From Sedimentisphaerales bacterium (GTDB lineage: Bacteria; Planctomycetota; Phycisphaerae; Sedimentisphaerales; Anaerobacaceae), in the NCBI GenBank assembly GCA_040772485.1, contig JAXGYC010000009.1, positions 256,001-320,000 of the forward strand: a stretch of DNA of 64,000 nucleotides, in the 5' to 3' direction. Under the pieces are notes generated by a model, which saw only the letters and a list, made by a program, of their open reading frames with translations, did not search any database and was not told the origin of the DNA. Every line of letters starts with the position of its first letter. The stretch's first letter is position 1. A program made the position numbers and the translations under genes. Shown here in pieces: positions 36,730 through 46,377 of this stretch.

Positions 36730-39006
36730 ATGCAATGTCTCTCGTTATGGTCGCTGCTGGTGTGCCTGGAGCTATCCGCGTCTGCATCGGTAACTCCGGC
36801 GGGAATTCCCTGGGAGCCGGTGGGGCTGTCGGGTGGGGGTGGAATGTTCTCGCCGGCGATCTCGCCGGCCGACCCGAATCTGATGATGCTCAACTGCGAC
36901 ATGAGCGCCGCCTACATCTCCGAGGATGGTGGCCACCACTGGCGGATGATTCACCACGCGCAGCTTCGTAGTGATACCCGTTGCCGGCCGGCCTTTCATC
37001 CGCACGACCCCAATATCATCTATGCGTCGTCGGGCGGCCGGCTGCGGATCAGCCGGGACCGGGGGCGGACCTTCGCGCCCATCGGGGACCTGAACGACTC
37101 GCTGTACGGCGAGATCGCCATCGATCCATCGGAGCCGCACGTCATGCTGGCCGGCATGCGGAATGGAGGATGCCGAATCTCGCGCGACGCGGGGCTGACG
37201 TGGGCGCCGTGCGCCGGGCCGGAAGGACAGGTACTCGGCTTCCATTTCGACCGCACGAACAAGGGCCGCATCCTGTTTGCCGCGACGGACCAGGGGATCT
37301 GGCGATCCGACGATGCCGGCCAGACGTGGGCGACAAAGACCGACGGCCTGCCCTCGACGAGCATCCAGGGCTTTGCCGGCGGGTCGAACGAGGCCGGCGG
37401 CCGCATCGTTCTCTATTGCACCGTCCCCAGCAAGGACGAAGGCGGCGTCTTCACCGGCGGCGTCTTCCGCTCGATGGACCGGGGCGACACCTGGCAGTCG
37501 GCTATGGGCGCGGGCATCAACACCGGGACGAAGCAGATCGATCAATGGGCCTACGGCCCCATCGCCCAGTACAGGCAGGTCCTGACGACCGACGCCGATC
37601 CGCGCACCGTATACGCGTTGAACACCAGCACGGGGTTCCATCCGCCCCACCACGAGACGGTGTATCGCAGCGACGACGCCGGGCGCACGTGGCGGGCCAC
37701 CTTTTTCCAGGACCCGCGATTCGAGCAATACAACGTCGCTCCCAACTATGTCACGGCCTCGGTGGGCCAATCGCTCAAGGGAGGCGACACGCCCTTCGGG
37801 GCGGCCATCTGTAACAGCGACCCGAATCGCCTGATCCTGGTGTGGAGCGAATCCTATATCACGCACGACGGCGGCGATTCATGGTTCAACGGCGACACCT
37901 ACGTCGCGCCCGGGCACGAGGCCGGGCCCGGCTGCGCCTGGGCCTGCACGGGCCTGGTCGTCACCACCACGTGGCACTACTACATCGATCCCTTCGAGGC
38001 GAACCGTCACTACATCGCCTACACCGACATCGGCTTTGCCCGCTCGCTCGATGTGGGCCAGACCTGGATCTGGTGGGACAAGAACACCTGGGCCCCGTGG
38101 CGAAACACCTGCTACGAAATCGCGTTCGACCCGGAGGCGCCGGGCAAGATGTGGGGCGCGTTCTCCGACGTGCACGACATCCCCAACGACAACATCATCT
38201 CCGAGCGTCACGGGCACAATCGGCCCGGCGGCGTGTGCATCTCGCGTGACTTCGGCGCCTCCTGGCAGGCGGAGGCGCAGGGCATCCCGCCCAGGCCGGT
38301 GACGTCGGTCGTGCTCGATCCGAAGAGCCCGAAGGGCCGGCGCACGCTGTTTGCCGGCGTGTTCGACGAGGGCGTCTACAAATCCATCGACGACGGCAGG
38401 ACGTGGACGCTCAGGAAGACCGGTTTGGGCGATCCGAAGAACATGCGAGTCAGCCGCGTGGTCCTCCATGCTGACGGGACGCTTTTTGCGATGGTCTGCG
38501 CCAAGCGGCCGGCCCAGGGCCGACCCCTGATCAGCGAGGGCGTGGGGCTGTACCGGTCCACTGACAGGGCCGAGACATGGGAGAAGGTGAACCCGCCGAA
38601 GGCGGGCCTGTTTCTGTATCCCAAGGACTTTTCCGTCCATCCGGCCGACAGCAACGTGATCCTCCTCGGCGCGTGCGACGCCGACAGCCAGGACCGGTCG
38701 GGCGGTCTGTACGGCACCAAGGACGGCGGGCGCTCATGGCAGCGTCTCGGCCGGCAAGGGCGGCAAACCTTCGGCGGATATTTCCATCCGGAGCGCGAAG
38801 GATGGATCTACATGACGCTCACCGAAGGCGCGCCCGGCGCCGGCCTGTGGCTCTCGCGGGACCACGGCCGCTCCTGGCAGGCGTTTGACGACCTGCCTTT
38901 CTCGAACGTCCAACGCGTTGCGTTCGCCCCATCGGACCAGCGCGTGGTGTACGTCACCACCTTCGGCGGCAGCGTGTGGCGCGGTCCGATCGAGCCGGTC
39001 GAGTGA
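36730..39006 (+). CDS. Secreted BNR/Asp-box beta-propeller protein (GH74/VPS10-like)
   Basis: Signal-like N-terminus and more than 10 S.D.G..W Asp-boxes. GGGG..P.ISP.DP....CDM at the N-terminus and YTDIG motif. Confidence 0.8.
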   Translation: MQCLSLWSLLVCLELSASASVTPAGIPWEPVGLSGGGGMFSPAISPADPNLMMLNCDMSAAYISEDGGHHWRMIHHAQLRSDTRCRPAFHPHDPNIIYASSGGRLRISRDRGRTFAPIGDLNDSLYGEIAIDPSEPHVMLAGMRNGGCRISRDAGLTWAPCAGPEGQVLGFHFDRTNKGRILFAATDQGIWRSDDAGQTWATKTDGLPSTSIQGFAGGSNEAGGRIVLYCTVPSKDEGGVFTGGVFRSMDRGDTWQSAMGAGINTGTKQIDQWAYGPIAQYRQVLTTDADPRTVYALNTSTGFHPPHHETVYRSDDAGRTWRATFFQDPRFEQYNVAPNYVTASVGQSLKGGDTPFGAAICNSDPNRLILVWSESYITHDGGDSWFNGDTYVAPGHEAGPGCAWACTGLVVTTTWHYYIDPFEANRHYIAYTDIGFARSLDVGQTWIWWDKNTWAPWRNTCYEIAFDPEAPGKMWGAFSDVHDIPNDNIISERHGHNRPGGVCISRDFGASWQAEAQGIPPRPVTSVVLDPKSPKGRRTLFAGVFDEGVYKSIDDGRTWTLRKTGLGDPKNMRVSRVVLHADGTLFAMVCAKRPAQGRPLISEGVGLYRSTDRAETWEKVNPPKAGLFLYPKDFSVHPADSNVILLGACDADSQDRSGGLYGTKDGGRSWQRLGRQGRQTFGGYFHPEREGWIYMTLTEGAPGAGLWLSRDHGRSWQAFDDLPFSNVQRVAFAPSDQRVVYVTTFGGSVWRGPIEPVE

Positions 39007-39064
39007 CCAGTTCGTCGTGTGCCCGTGAGGGCACACTACAAATCCAAACGCGCATACCGTCAAC

Positions 39065-40495
39065 CTACACGCTGTCGGGAACGACGAAAGGTTCGCGATA
39101 GGTGCGGCGGATCAGCGCGTTGGCTTCCGACGTGAATTGCCCTGTGAAGGTTTCCGTCTTCGGGTCCAAGGTCAGCCAGGGTCCGAGGATTCGCGGTGTC
39201 TGCTGGAGATCCACGCCGTTGACGAGCAGGTGCTCCTGCATGCGCTCGAAGCACTCGGTCATGCCCTCGGCATCCTTGATCCTCTCGACGATCTTGTCGC
39301 GCGAGGCCTCCGTCCCCAGCCGGTGTGAGATATTGCCCATGTGGCACAGGGCGCTGGAGAGGTGGCCTTCGAGGATATCCGCATGGAGGTCGCCGACCTT
39401 GCGGCTGCGGACGGCGTCGATGAAGTTGGCGTGGTGCCCGGCGCCCTCGGTGACCTGGAATTGCCGGATCTTCTTGCCGTCGTTGTCGTAAGCCCACCCG
39501 CCGACGAAGTAGCCTTTCTCGCAGTGGACCACGGTTCCGGCCGACGTGCCGTAGTAATAGTCCATCGCCTTGTTGCCTTTGTCTCGCGGCAAGCCGCGAA
39601 CCTCGAAGATGATCGGCGCGGGCCGGTAGTCGTAGAAGAGAATCTGCGTGTTGGGCGTCTGCCCGTCGTCGATGTATCCGAAGCGGCCGCCAATCGAGAT
39701 CACGCGACGCGGCAGTTCGTTGGCACCGAGGACCCAGCGGCAGATGTCGATGAAGTGAATCCCATTGTTGCCGAAGTCGCCGTTGCCGGTCGGCCAGACC
39801 CAGTGCCAGTCGTAGTGCAGACTCTTGCGCATCAGCGGGTCCATGGGGGCCGGCCCGCACCACAGATTGTAGTCCACCGTCTCGGGCACCGGCTGGGGCC
39901 CGTCCACCTTTCCGATGCTGTCGCGGCGGACGTAGACGATGCCCCGAACGGACTTGATCGCGCCGAGGTGACCCTGCCGGATGTATTCGATTGCCTCGGC
40001 CAGACCCGTGTCCGAGCGGCGTTGTATGCCGCTCTGGACGATCCGGTTGTACTTGCGAGCGGCCTTGACCATCTGGCGGCCTTCCCACATGTCGTGTGAG
40101 ACGGGTTTCTCGACGTACACGTCCTTGCCCGCCTGGCAGGCCCAGACGGTGGCCAGGGCGTGCCAGTGATTCGGCGTGGCTGTGATGACGGCGTCGATGC
40201 TCTTGTCGTCGAGAAGCTTGCGCAGATCGACGCAGGTATCGACCGTTTCCTGGCGGTCGCGGAACTTCTTCTCTTCGCGATCGAGAAGGGCCTGGTCGGC
40301 GTCGCAGATGGCCACCACGCGCACGCCGGGGATGGCGCTGAACCACTTGATGTGATTGCTTCCCTGATTGCGCAGCCCGATGACACCGATGCGAATGGCG
40401 TCGTTGGCGCCGCGGACTCGCGAAAACGGCATCGCCAGGGACAGCCCGGCGGCCAGCGATCCTTTGAGAACGGCTCTTCGAGTGGTGTGTTCCAT
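39065..40495 (-). CDS. Tat-exported Gfo/Idh/MocA oxidoreductase
   Basis: TRRAVLK, ATPNHWH, YVEKP, NNGIHFID. Confidence 0.92.
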   Translation of the reverse strand: MEHTTRRAVLKGSLAAGLSLAMPFSRVRGANDAIRIGVIGLRNQGSNHIKWFSAIPGVRVVAICDADQALLDREEKKFRDRQETVDTCVDLRKLLDDKSIDAVITATPNHWHALATVWACQAGKDVYVEKPVSHDMWEGRQMVKAARKYNRIVQSGIQRRSDTGLAEAIEYIRQGHLGAIKSVRGIVYVRRDSIGKVDGPQPVPETVDYNLWCGPAPMDPLMRKSLHYDWHWVWPTGNGDFGNNGIHFIDICRWVLGANELPRRVISIGGRFGYIDDGQTPNTQILFYDYRPAPIIFEVRGLPRDKGNKAMDYYYGTSAGTVVHCEKGYFVGGWAYDNDGKKIRQFQVTEGAGHHANFIDAVRSRKVGDLHADILEGHLSSALCHMGNISHRLGTEASRDKIVERIKDAEGMTECFERMQEHLLVNGVDLQQTPRILGPWLTLDPKTETFTGQFTSEANALIRRTYREPFVVPDSV

Positions 40496-40520
40496 GATAG
40501 GCCCCTTTTTCCATGGTGGA

Positions 40521-40612
40521 ATGTAAAGATCAAAAGGCAAGAATCAAACTGGCGGCATCCGCCTTCGGCGGATAACCTCCTAAATTTTGACATTTGATTC
40601 TTGAATTCTGAT
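40521..40612. repeat. Heptamer-arm element with central TCCGCCTTCGGCGGA hairpin
   Basis: Same architecture and core as 26548-26643. Confidence 0.8.
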
Positions 40613-40615
40613 CTC

Positions 40616-40692
40616 TCTATACCACGAGTCGCCTCAAGGGTCAACCGCCCGACGACTTGCAGGTTGTCGCCGCGCGAGGGCCGCTGTAGAAT
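40616..40692. promoter_or_regulatory. Divergent sigma-70-like promoters
   Basis: Minus strand TTGACC-17-TATAGA (40644-40616). Plus strand TTGTCG-17-TAGAAT (40664-40692). Confidence 0.5.
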
Positions 40693-40748
40693 CCTGGCAC
40701 CGTGTGCCGCAAGGACGGCACGGCCTCATGGAAAGGACGAACAGGCCC

Positions 40749-42077
40749 ATGAAGAAGCTGCTGTGGCTCTACTTCCAGACGTCTCTGATCCTGCGGATTC
40801 TCGCTGGTTTCCTCATCGGCTCGCTGATCGGCGTTCTGTTCTGGTACCTGTCCCGCTCGGGCGAGGCAACGATCTCGCAAGCCGTCGTCCCCTATGTCCT
40901 TCCCTTCGGGGAGGTCTTCGTTCACATGCTCAAGATGATCGTGGTGCCGATCATCTTCTTTTCTCTGGTGGGCGGCGCTTCGAGTCTGCCGATCAAAAGG
41001 TTCGGGCACATCGGGCTCAAGACCATCGGCTGGTATCTCGCGACGAGCCTTCTGGCGGCGGTCCTGGGGACCGGTTTGGCGTTGGCGCTGGACCCGGGGG
41101 CCGGCGCCGGCCTGGATGCGTGGCGGAAGCTGGCGGATCTCAAGATGACGGAGGCAGGCGACGTGGCCAAGGGCGCGACCGAGCAGGGGACGCTTTCGCA
41201 GATCGTGCTGAACCTGTTCCGCAATCCGTTCGAGGCGCTGGCGACCGGCAATTTCCTGCCCATCATCATCTTCGCCATCCTGTTCGGCCTGGCGATTCGT
41301 GTGCTGATCGAGGCAGGTGAGGCCCGTCAGATCAGGCGTCTGGAGGGCTTGATCGATTTGCTGGAAGCCAGCCGGGACGCCATGTTCAAGCTGGTCGACT
41401 GGATTCTCGAGTACTCCCCCATCGGTGTGCTGGCCCTGTCGATCGTCAACTTCGGTCTCTACGGCCCATCCATCGTCGGGCCCTACGTCAGCGTGACGCT
41501 GGGTGTCATCCTGGGCATCGCCGCGATGGTCTTCGTGGTCTATCCCCTGCTGCTGTGGGCCGTGACGCGTCACAATCCGTTCGGCGTGCTCAAGCGAATC
41601 AAAGAGCCGATGATCATGGCGTTCATCACGCGCAGCAGCGCTGCGACGCTGCCGGTGTCGATCAAGACGGCCGAACAGGAACTGAAGATCCACAACGAGC
41701 TGGCCAGCTTCTCGCTGCCCCTGGGGGCGACGATCAACATGGACGGCGTCTGCGTTCACCTGCCGATGTTCGCGGTTCTGGCGGCCAACATGTTCGACGT
41801 CAAGCTGACGCTCGGCATGCTGGTGGTGCTGGTGATCACCACGGTGCTCTCGTCCATCGGCGCCGGAGGCGTCCCCGGCGGTAGCCTCATGCTGCTTTTC
41901 ATCATTCTCGAAAGCATGGGCCTGGGCGCCGAGCAGGTGGCGGTGATCGTCGCGCTGGCGCTCGGAATCAATCCCATTCTCGACATGTTCGAGACGATGA
42001 ACAACGTCACCGGCGACCTGGTCTGCTCCTACGCAGTCGCTGCCAGGGAGAACCTCGTGCACCGCGAATCCGTGTGA
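40749..42077 (+). CDS. Dicarboxylate/amino acid:cation symporter (DAACS, GltP-like)
   Basis: LKMIVVP, TRSSAATLP, LGATINMDG, SIGAGGVPGG, DMFETMNNVTGD. Confidence 0.93.
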   Translation: MKKLLWLYFQTSLILRILAGFLIGSLIGVLFWYLSRSGEATISQAVVPYVLPFGEVFVHMLKMIVVPIIFFSLVGGASSLPIKRFGHIGLKTIGWYLATSLLAAVLGTGLALALDPGAGAGLDAWRKLADLKMTEAGDVAKGATEQGTLSQIVLNLFRNPFEALATGNFLPIIIFAILFGLAIRVLIEAGEARQIRRLEGLIDLLEASRDAMFKLVDWILEYSPIGVLALSIVNFGLYGPSIVGPYVSVTLGVILGIAAMVFVVYPLLLWAVTRHNPFGVLKRIKEPMIMAFITRSSAATLPVSIKTAEQELKIHNELASFSLPLGATINMDGVCVHLPMFAVLAANMFDVKLTLGMLVVLVITTVLSSIGAGGVPGGSLMLLFIILESMGLGAEQVAVIVALALGINPILDMFETMNNVTGDLVCSYAVAARENLVHRESV

Positions 42078-42095
42078 GACGCGCCGCAGCATGGG

Positions 42096-42186
42096 AGTTT
42101 CAAGTTTGAAGTTTCAAGTTTGAAGTACGCCGAAGCATCCTGCTTCAGACTTCCCACTTGACACTTCAAACTTCAAACTTGAAACT
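42096..42186. repeat. Heptamer-arm palindrome (AGTTTSA family)
   Basis: agtttca agtttga agtttca agtttga agt ... acttgac acttcaa acttcaa acttgaa act. Confidence 0.9.
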
Positions 42187-42250
42187 TCCGTGCAGGCGCC
42201 TCGGAGCCAAGCCAGCGCCGTCACAAGGTCGCCGTATTGGAGCAGGTCCA

Positions 42251-43267
42251 GTGAGACTGACGCGTTACAAGGGCAATCCTGTCCTGTCACCCAACCCTGC
42301 AAATGACTGGGAAAACCTGGCCGTGTTCAACCCGGCCGCATGGTACGACCAAGACGCCGGGCTGGTCCTGCTTCTCTACCGGGCCGCCGAGGCCCATCCC
42401 GAATACAAGTGCTACTTCGGCCTGGCCACCAGCGACGACGGATACCGCTTCGAGCGGGTCTCGAACGAGCCGGTGATCGGACCGAGCGTCGATGGGTTTG
42501 ACGCCAGCACGATCCAGGACCCGCGCATGGTCAAGATCGGCGAGTGGTACTACATCACCTACGCCGCCCGCTTTTTTCCCTTCGGTCAGTTCTGGATGCC
42601 GAAAGAGGTGCAATACAGGCCGCCCGCGTGCCCGCCCGATTTCCCGAAGGTCATTCGCACCAATGCGACGAGCACGGGACTGTTGCTGACGAAGGACTTC
42701 AAGACGTTCATCCGCGCCGGACGCATCACCGATCCAACGCTCGACGACCGTGACGTCGTGCTGTTCCCGGAGAAGATCAACGGCAAGTACGTCATGATGC
42801 ACCGGCCGCTCGAATGGGTCGGTCCCGAATACGGCACGAACCACGCCTGCGCGTGGATTTCGACGGCAGACGACCTGCTCGGCTTTCGCAGCAGCGTGCT
42901 GCTGATCAAGGCCAGGTACGATTGGGAGGCGGACAAGCTGGGCATCAATACGCCTCCGATCAAGACCGAGCAGGGCTGGCTGACGCTGTATCACGCCGTC
43001 GGCCCCGACAAACGCTACCGCCTGGGCGCGCTGTTGCTGGACCTGGAGGACCCGCGCCGGGTGCTTCATCGCACTGATGAGTGGATCATGCAGGCCGAGG
43101 CGGACTACGAAGTCGATGGCTACTATCGGGGCTGCGTCTTTCCTTGCGGCAAAGTGGTTATTGGTGAAACGCTCTTCGTCTACTACGGTGCGGGCGACAA
43201 GTACGTCTGCCTGGCTACGTGCCCGCTCGCGGAGCTGATTGACTACCTGCGGTCTTGTCCGGCTTGA
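42251..43267 (+). CDS. GH130 glycoside phosphorylase/hydrolase (beta-mannoside)
   Basis: RYKGNPVL, AVFNPAA, QDPRM, RDVVLFPEKI, MMHRP, CVFPCG, YYGAGD. Confidence 0.9.
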   Translation: MRLTRYKGNPVLSPNPANDWENLAVFNPAAWYDQDAGLVLLLYRAAEAHPEYKCYFGLATSDDGYRFERVSNEPVIGPSVDGFDASTIQDPRMVKIGEWYYITYAARFFPFGQFWMPKEVQYRPPACPPDFPKVIRTNATSTGLLLTKDFKTFIRAGRITDPTLDDRDVVLFPEKINGKYVMMHRPLEWVGPEYGTNHACAWISTADDLLGFRSSVLLIKARYDWEADKLGINTPPIKTEQGWLTLYHAVGPDKRYRLGALLLDLEDPRRVLHRTDEWIMQAEADYEVDGYYRGCVFPCGKVVIGETLFVYYGAGDKYVCLATCPLAELIDYLRSCPA

Positions 43268-43281
43268 GGAAAGGGGAGTCC

Positions 43282-45171
43282 ATGGCCGTCACGCTTCATC
43301 CGATCGACATCGCGATCATCGTCGGCTACGTCCTGGCCGTCATCGTCATGGGCTGGCTCCTCTCCAGGCGCGCATCCAAGGACCTCAATGCGTACTTTCT
43401 GGCCGGCAAAAGCCTGCCCTGGTGGGTGATCGGCACCTCGCACGGCGCCAGCGGGTTCGACATCACGGGCACGATGTGGTTTGTGACCATGCTGTTCACC
43501 TATGGACTGCGGGCGGCGTTTGCTCCATGGGTCTGGCCGCTGTTCGACCGCATCTTTCGACAGATGTACCTCGGTGCGTGGATTCGCAAGTCCAACGTGC
43601 TCACCGGCGCCGAGTGGATGCGCACGCGATTCGGCCGAGGCACCGGAGGCACTCTCTCCCACATCAGTGTCGTGGTCTATGCCGTCCTCGTGACGGTCGG
43701 GTTCGTCGCGTACGCACTCAAAGGGATCGGCAAGTTCGCCGATGTGTTCTTCCCGTGGGACCTCGCCTGGGGACCGCTGTCCAGCGCCGAATCCTACGGC
43801 ATCGTGATCCTCGCGATTACCACGGTCTATCTGCTCTTCGGCGGCTGGTACAGTGTCGTGCTGACCGACCTGCTCCAGTTCGCCCTGCTCGTGGTTGCGT
43901 CGATCTTTATCGCCGTCCTGGCCATGTCGAAGGTCAGCCCCGAGATGCTCGCGGCCGCCGTCCCCGACGGGTGGTTCGATCTGATTCCAGGCTGGAGGCT
44001 GGGTTTGGACTGGTCGAGTCACATCGCCGGGCTGAACGCCAAGATCTACGGGACCGCCACGCAGGCTGGTGACGGCTACACACTGTTTGGTTGCGTCGTC
44101 ATGATGTGGCTGCTGCGCGGAATCCTGGTCAGTGCGGGCGGGCCGTCGGCCGGCTACGGCATGCAGCATCAGCTCTCGACGCGCAACGCACGCGAAGCGG
44201 CGCTGGAGAACTGGTGGATGTCGATCGTGCAACTGGCGCCTCGCTCGCTGATGATCGCCGGCATCGCGATCCTCGGCCTGGTCTTCTTCACGCCGGAAGT
44301 CAACCGGATGGTGGCCGACAGCGGTAGCTTCGATTTCGAGCAGGTCCTGCCTTTCGTGATTGCCAGATTCGTTCCGGTCGGTCTGACCGGGCTCCTGATG
44401 GCGGGACTCCTGGCGGCGTTCATGAGCACGTTCGACTCGACGGTCAACGCGGGCGCCGCTTATGTGGTCAACGACGTCTACAAACGCTACGTCAATCCCA
44501 CGGCGTCGAATCGCCGTTATGTGTGGATGGGCTACTTCTGGTCGGTTGCTCTGGTCGTGGTGGCCGTGGTGGCGGCGCTGCGGATCGAGAATATCGACAA
44601 GACCACCAAGTGGATCACAGGTCTGCTCTACGCCGGCTACATCGCGCCGAACGTTCTGAAGTGGCACTGGTGGCGGTTCAACGGCTACGGCTACTTTGCC
44701 GGCATGATTGCCGGCGCCGCGGCGGCTCTGGCCTTCCCGCACGTCAACCATCTGATCGCGCGGACCTGGGGTCACTCCGTCAGCGCGAACTACGCCTTTC
44801 TCATCCTGGTTCCGGTCGGTGGCCTTGCCTCGATCGTGGCGTGCCTGCTGACGCCTCCTGACGACGTCGAGACGCTCAAGAGCTTCTACCGCAGCGTGCG
44901 TCCGTGGGGGTTCTGGGGACCCGTGCTCGGCGAACTGCGGAAGGACGACCCGTCCGTTCAACCCAACCGCAACTGTGTCCTCGATCTATTTAACGTAGCC
45001 AACGGGATCCTCTGGCAATTCTCGCTGATGGTCGCGCCGTTCTGTCTGGTCCTCCGCCGGTGGGACACCTTCTGGATGTCGCTCGGTGTGCTGGCCGTCA
45101 CATCCGTAGTCATGAAGTTCACCTGGTACGACCGTCTCGAACCGGGGGAGGTGCAGGCTACCGGCGTGTGA
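43282..45171 (+). CDS. Sodium:solute symporter (sugar, SSS family)
   Basis: YFLAGKSLPWW, FDITGTMW, LLAAFMSTFDS, about 14 TM helices. Confidence 0.92.
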   Translation: MAVTLHPIDIAIIVGYVLAVIVMGWLLSRRASKDLNAYFLAGKSLPWWVIGTSHGASGFDITGTMWFVTMLFTYGLRAAFAPWVWPLFDRIFRQMYLGAWIRKSNVLTGAEWMRTRFGRGTGGTLSHISVVVYAVLVTVGFVAYALKGIGKFADVFFPWDLAWGPLSSAESYGIVILAITTVYLLFGGWYSVVLTDLLQFALLVVASIFIAVLAMSKVSPEMLAAAVPDGWFDLIPGWRLGLDWSSHIAGLNAKIYGTATQAGDGYTLFGCVVMMWLLRGILVSAGGPSAGYGMQHQLSTRNAREAALENWWMSIVQLAPRSLMIAGIAILGLVFFTPEVNRMVADSGSFDFEQVLPFVIARFVPVGLTGLLMAGLLAAFMSTFDSTVNAGAAYVVNDVYKRYVNPTASNRRYVWMGYFWSVALVVVAVVAALRIENIDKTTKWITGLLYAGYIAPNVLKWHWWRFNGYGYFAGMIAGAAAALAFPHVNHLIARTWGHSVSANYAFLILVPVGGLASIVACLLTPPDDVETLKSFYRSVRPWGFWGPVLGELRKDDPSVQPNRNCVLDLFNVANGILWQFSLMVAPFCLVLRRWDTFWMSLGVLAVTSVVMKFTWYDRLEPGEVQATGV

Positions 45172-46300
45172 CTGCGGAGCCGGCTGGCTCAAAGACCGCC
45201 TCGGCGATTTTGAGCCGCAGCTCTCGTACGGTGCCCTTGTCGTGCGGGTGCGCGCGGTTGGTCAGGAGGATCACGTAGGTATCGACAGCCGGGTCGCATA
45301 CGATGCTGGTGCCGGTGTAGCCGGTGTGACAGAACGCTTGCTCGGAGGCGTGCGGGCCCTTGAGCCATGCGTAATCGGAGGCGACGTCGAAGCCGTAGGC
45401 GCGGCCGTGGGACTGGACCGTCGTCAGCATTCGCGTGGCATCGGGGCTCAGGATTCTCGTCCCGTGCCAAGCGCCGCCGTTGAGGAGCATCCGGCAGTAG
45501 ATCGACAGATCGGACGCGGTCGAGAACAGGCCCGCGTTGCCGCTGACGCCGTCCATCAGTTGGGCCAGCGGGTCGTGGACGGTTCCGCGCAGGGGCTTGC
45601 CGTCGACGATCTGCGTTGCGGCGATCCCGTCCTGACAGGATGCGGGCGGGTTGAACGTCGTCCGGTGCATGCCCAGCGGCTCGAAGATGTTCTCTTTGCC
45701 GAATTCCGCGACGTTCCAGCCGGAGACGATCTCGACGATGCGAGCCAGCACGATGTAGCCCAGGCAGCTATAGCGAAACTCCTCGCCCGGCGCATTCATC
45801 GCCTCCAGGCGGCAAATCCTCTCGATTACCTCTTCCGGGCACGGGCTGCCGTATTCGTCGGCCAGTGACTTGGCAGTGGTATACGCCGGCAGACCCGACG
45901 TGTGAGTCAGCAGATGCCGGATTCGCGCATCGGCCTTGCCGGCACAGGCGAAGGCGGGCAGGTAGGCACCGACGCGATCGTCGAGGTTCAGTTGCCCTCG
46001 GTCCACCAGGATCAGGATCGACGTTGCGGTCGCGATGGGCTTGGTCAGTGACGCCAGGTCGAAGACGGTGTCCATCTCCATCGGCTCAGCGACTGGGTCG
46101 ATGATGGCCGACCCGAACGCCTTGTAGTACAGAATGCGATTCGACCGCCCGACCAGCACGACCGCGCCGGGGACATGCCCGGCCGCGATCTCCTCGTTGA
46201 CAATCGCGTCAATCCGATCCAGCCGCCGCACCGAGGGCGAGCGACAGCCCTGCAACATCACCGCCGCCGCCAGCACAACCGCCAACGAACTCCGTTTCAT
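45158..46300 (-). CDS. Lipoprotein serine hydrolase, beta-lactamase class C-like family
   Basis: Lipobox LQGC. FDLASLTK (SxxK), LLTHTSG, YSC, HTGYTG. Confidence 0.9.
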   Translation of the reverse strand: MKRSSLAVVLAAAVMLQGCRSPSVRRLDRIDAIVNEEIAAGHVPGAVVLVGRSNRILYYKAFGSAIIDPVAEPMEMDTVFDLASLTKPIATATSILILVDRGQLNLDDRVGAYLPAFACAGKADARIRHLLTHTSGLPAYTTAKSLADEYGSPCPEEVIERICRLEAMNAPGEEFRYSCLGYIVLARIVEIVSGWNVAEFGKENIFEPLGMHRTTFNPPASCQDGIAATQIVDGKPLRGTVHDPLAQLMDGVSGNAGLFSTASDLSIYCRMLLNGGAWHGTRILSPDATRMLTTVQSHGRAYGFDVASDYAWLKGPHASEQAFCHTGYTGTSIVCDPAVDTYVILLTNRAHPHDKGTVRELRLKIAEAVFEPAGSAVTRR

Positions 46301-46314
46301 GCCATCTCCCGTGG

Positions 46315-46366
46315 TCAGTTCTCAGTTCTCAGTTGTCGGTTGCCTGTCAACTGGGAATCGTCAACT
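46315..46366. repeat. Heptamer-arm element (TCAGTTS family)
   Basis: tcagttc tcagttc tcagttg tcggttg ... caactg..caact. Confidence 0.7.
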
Positions 46367-46377
46367 CCTCCGCATGC

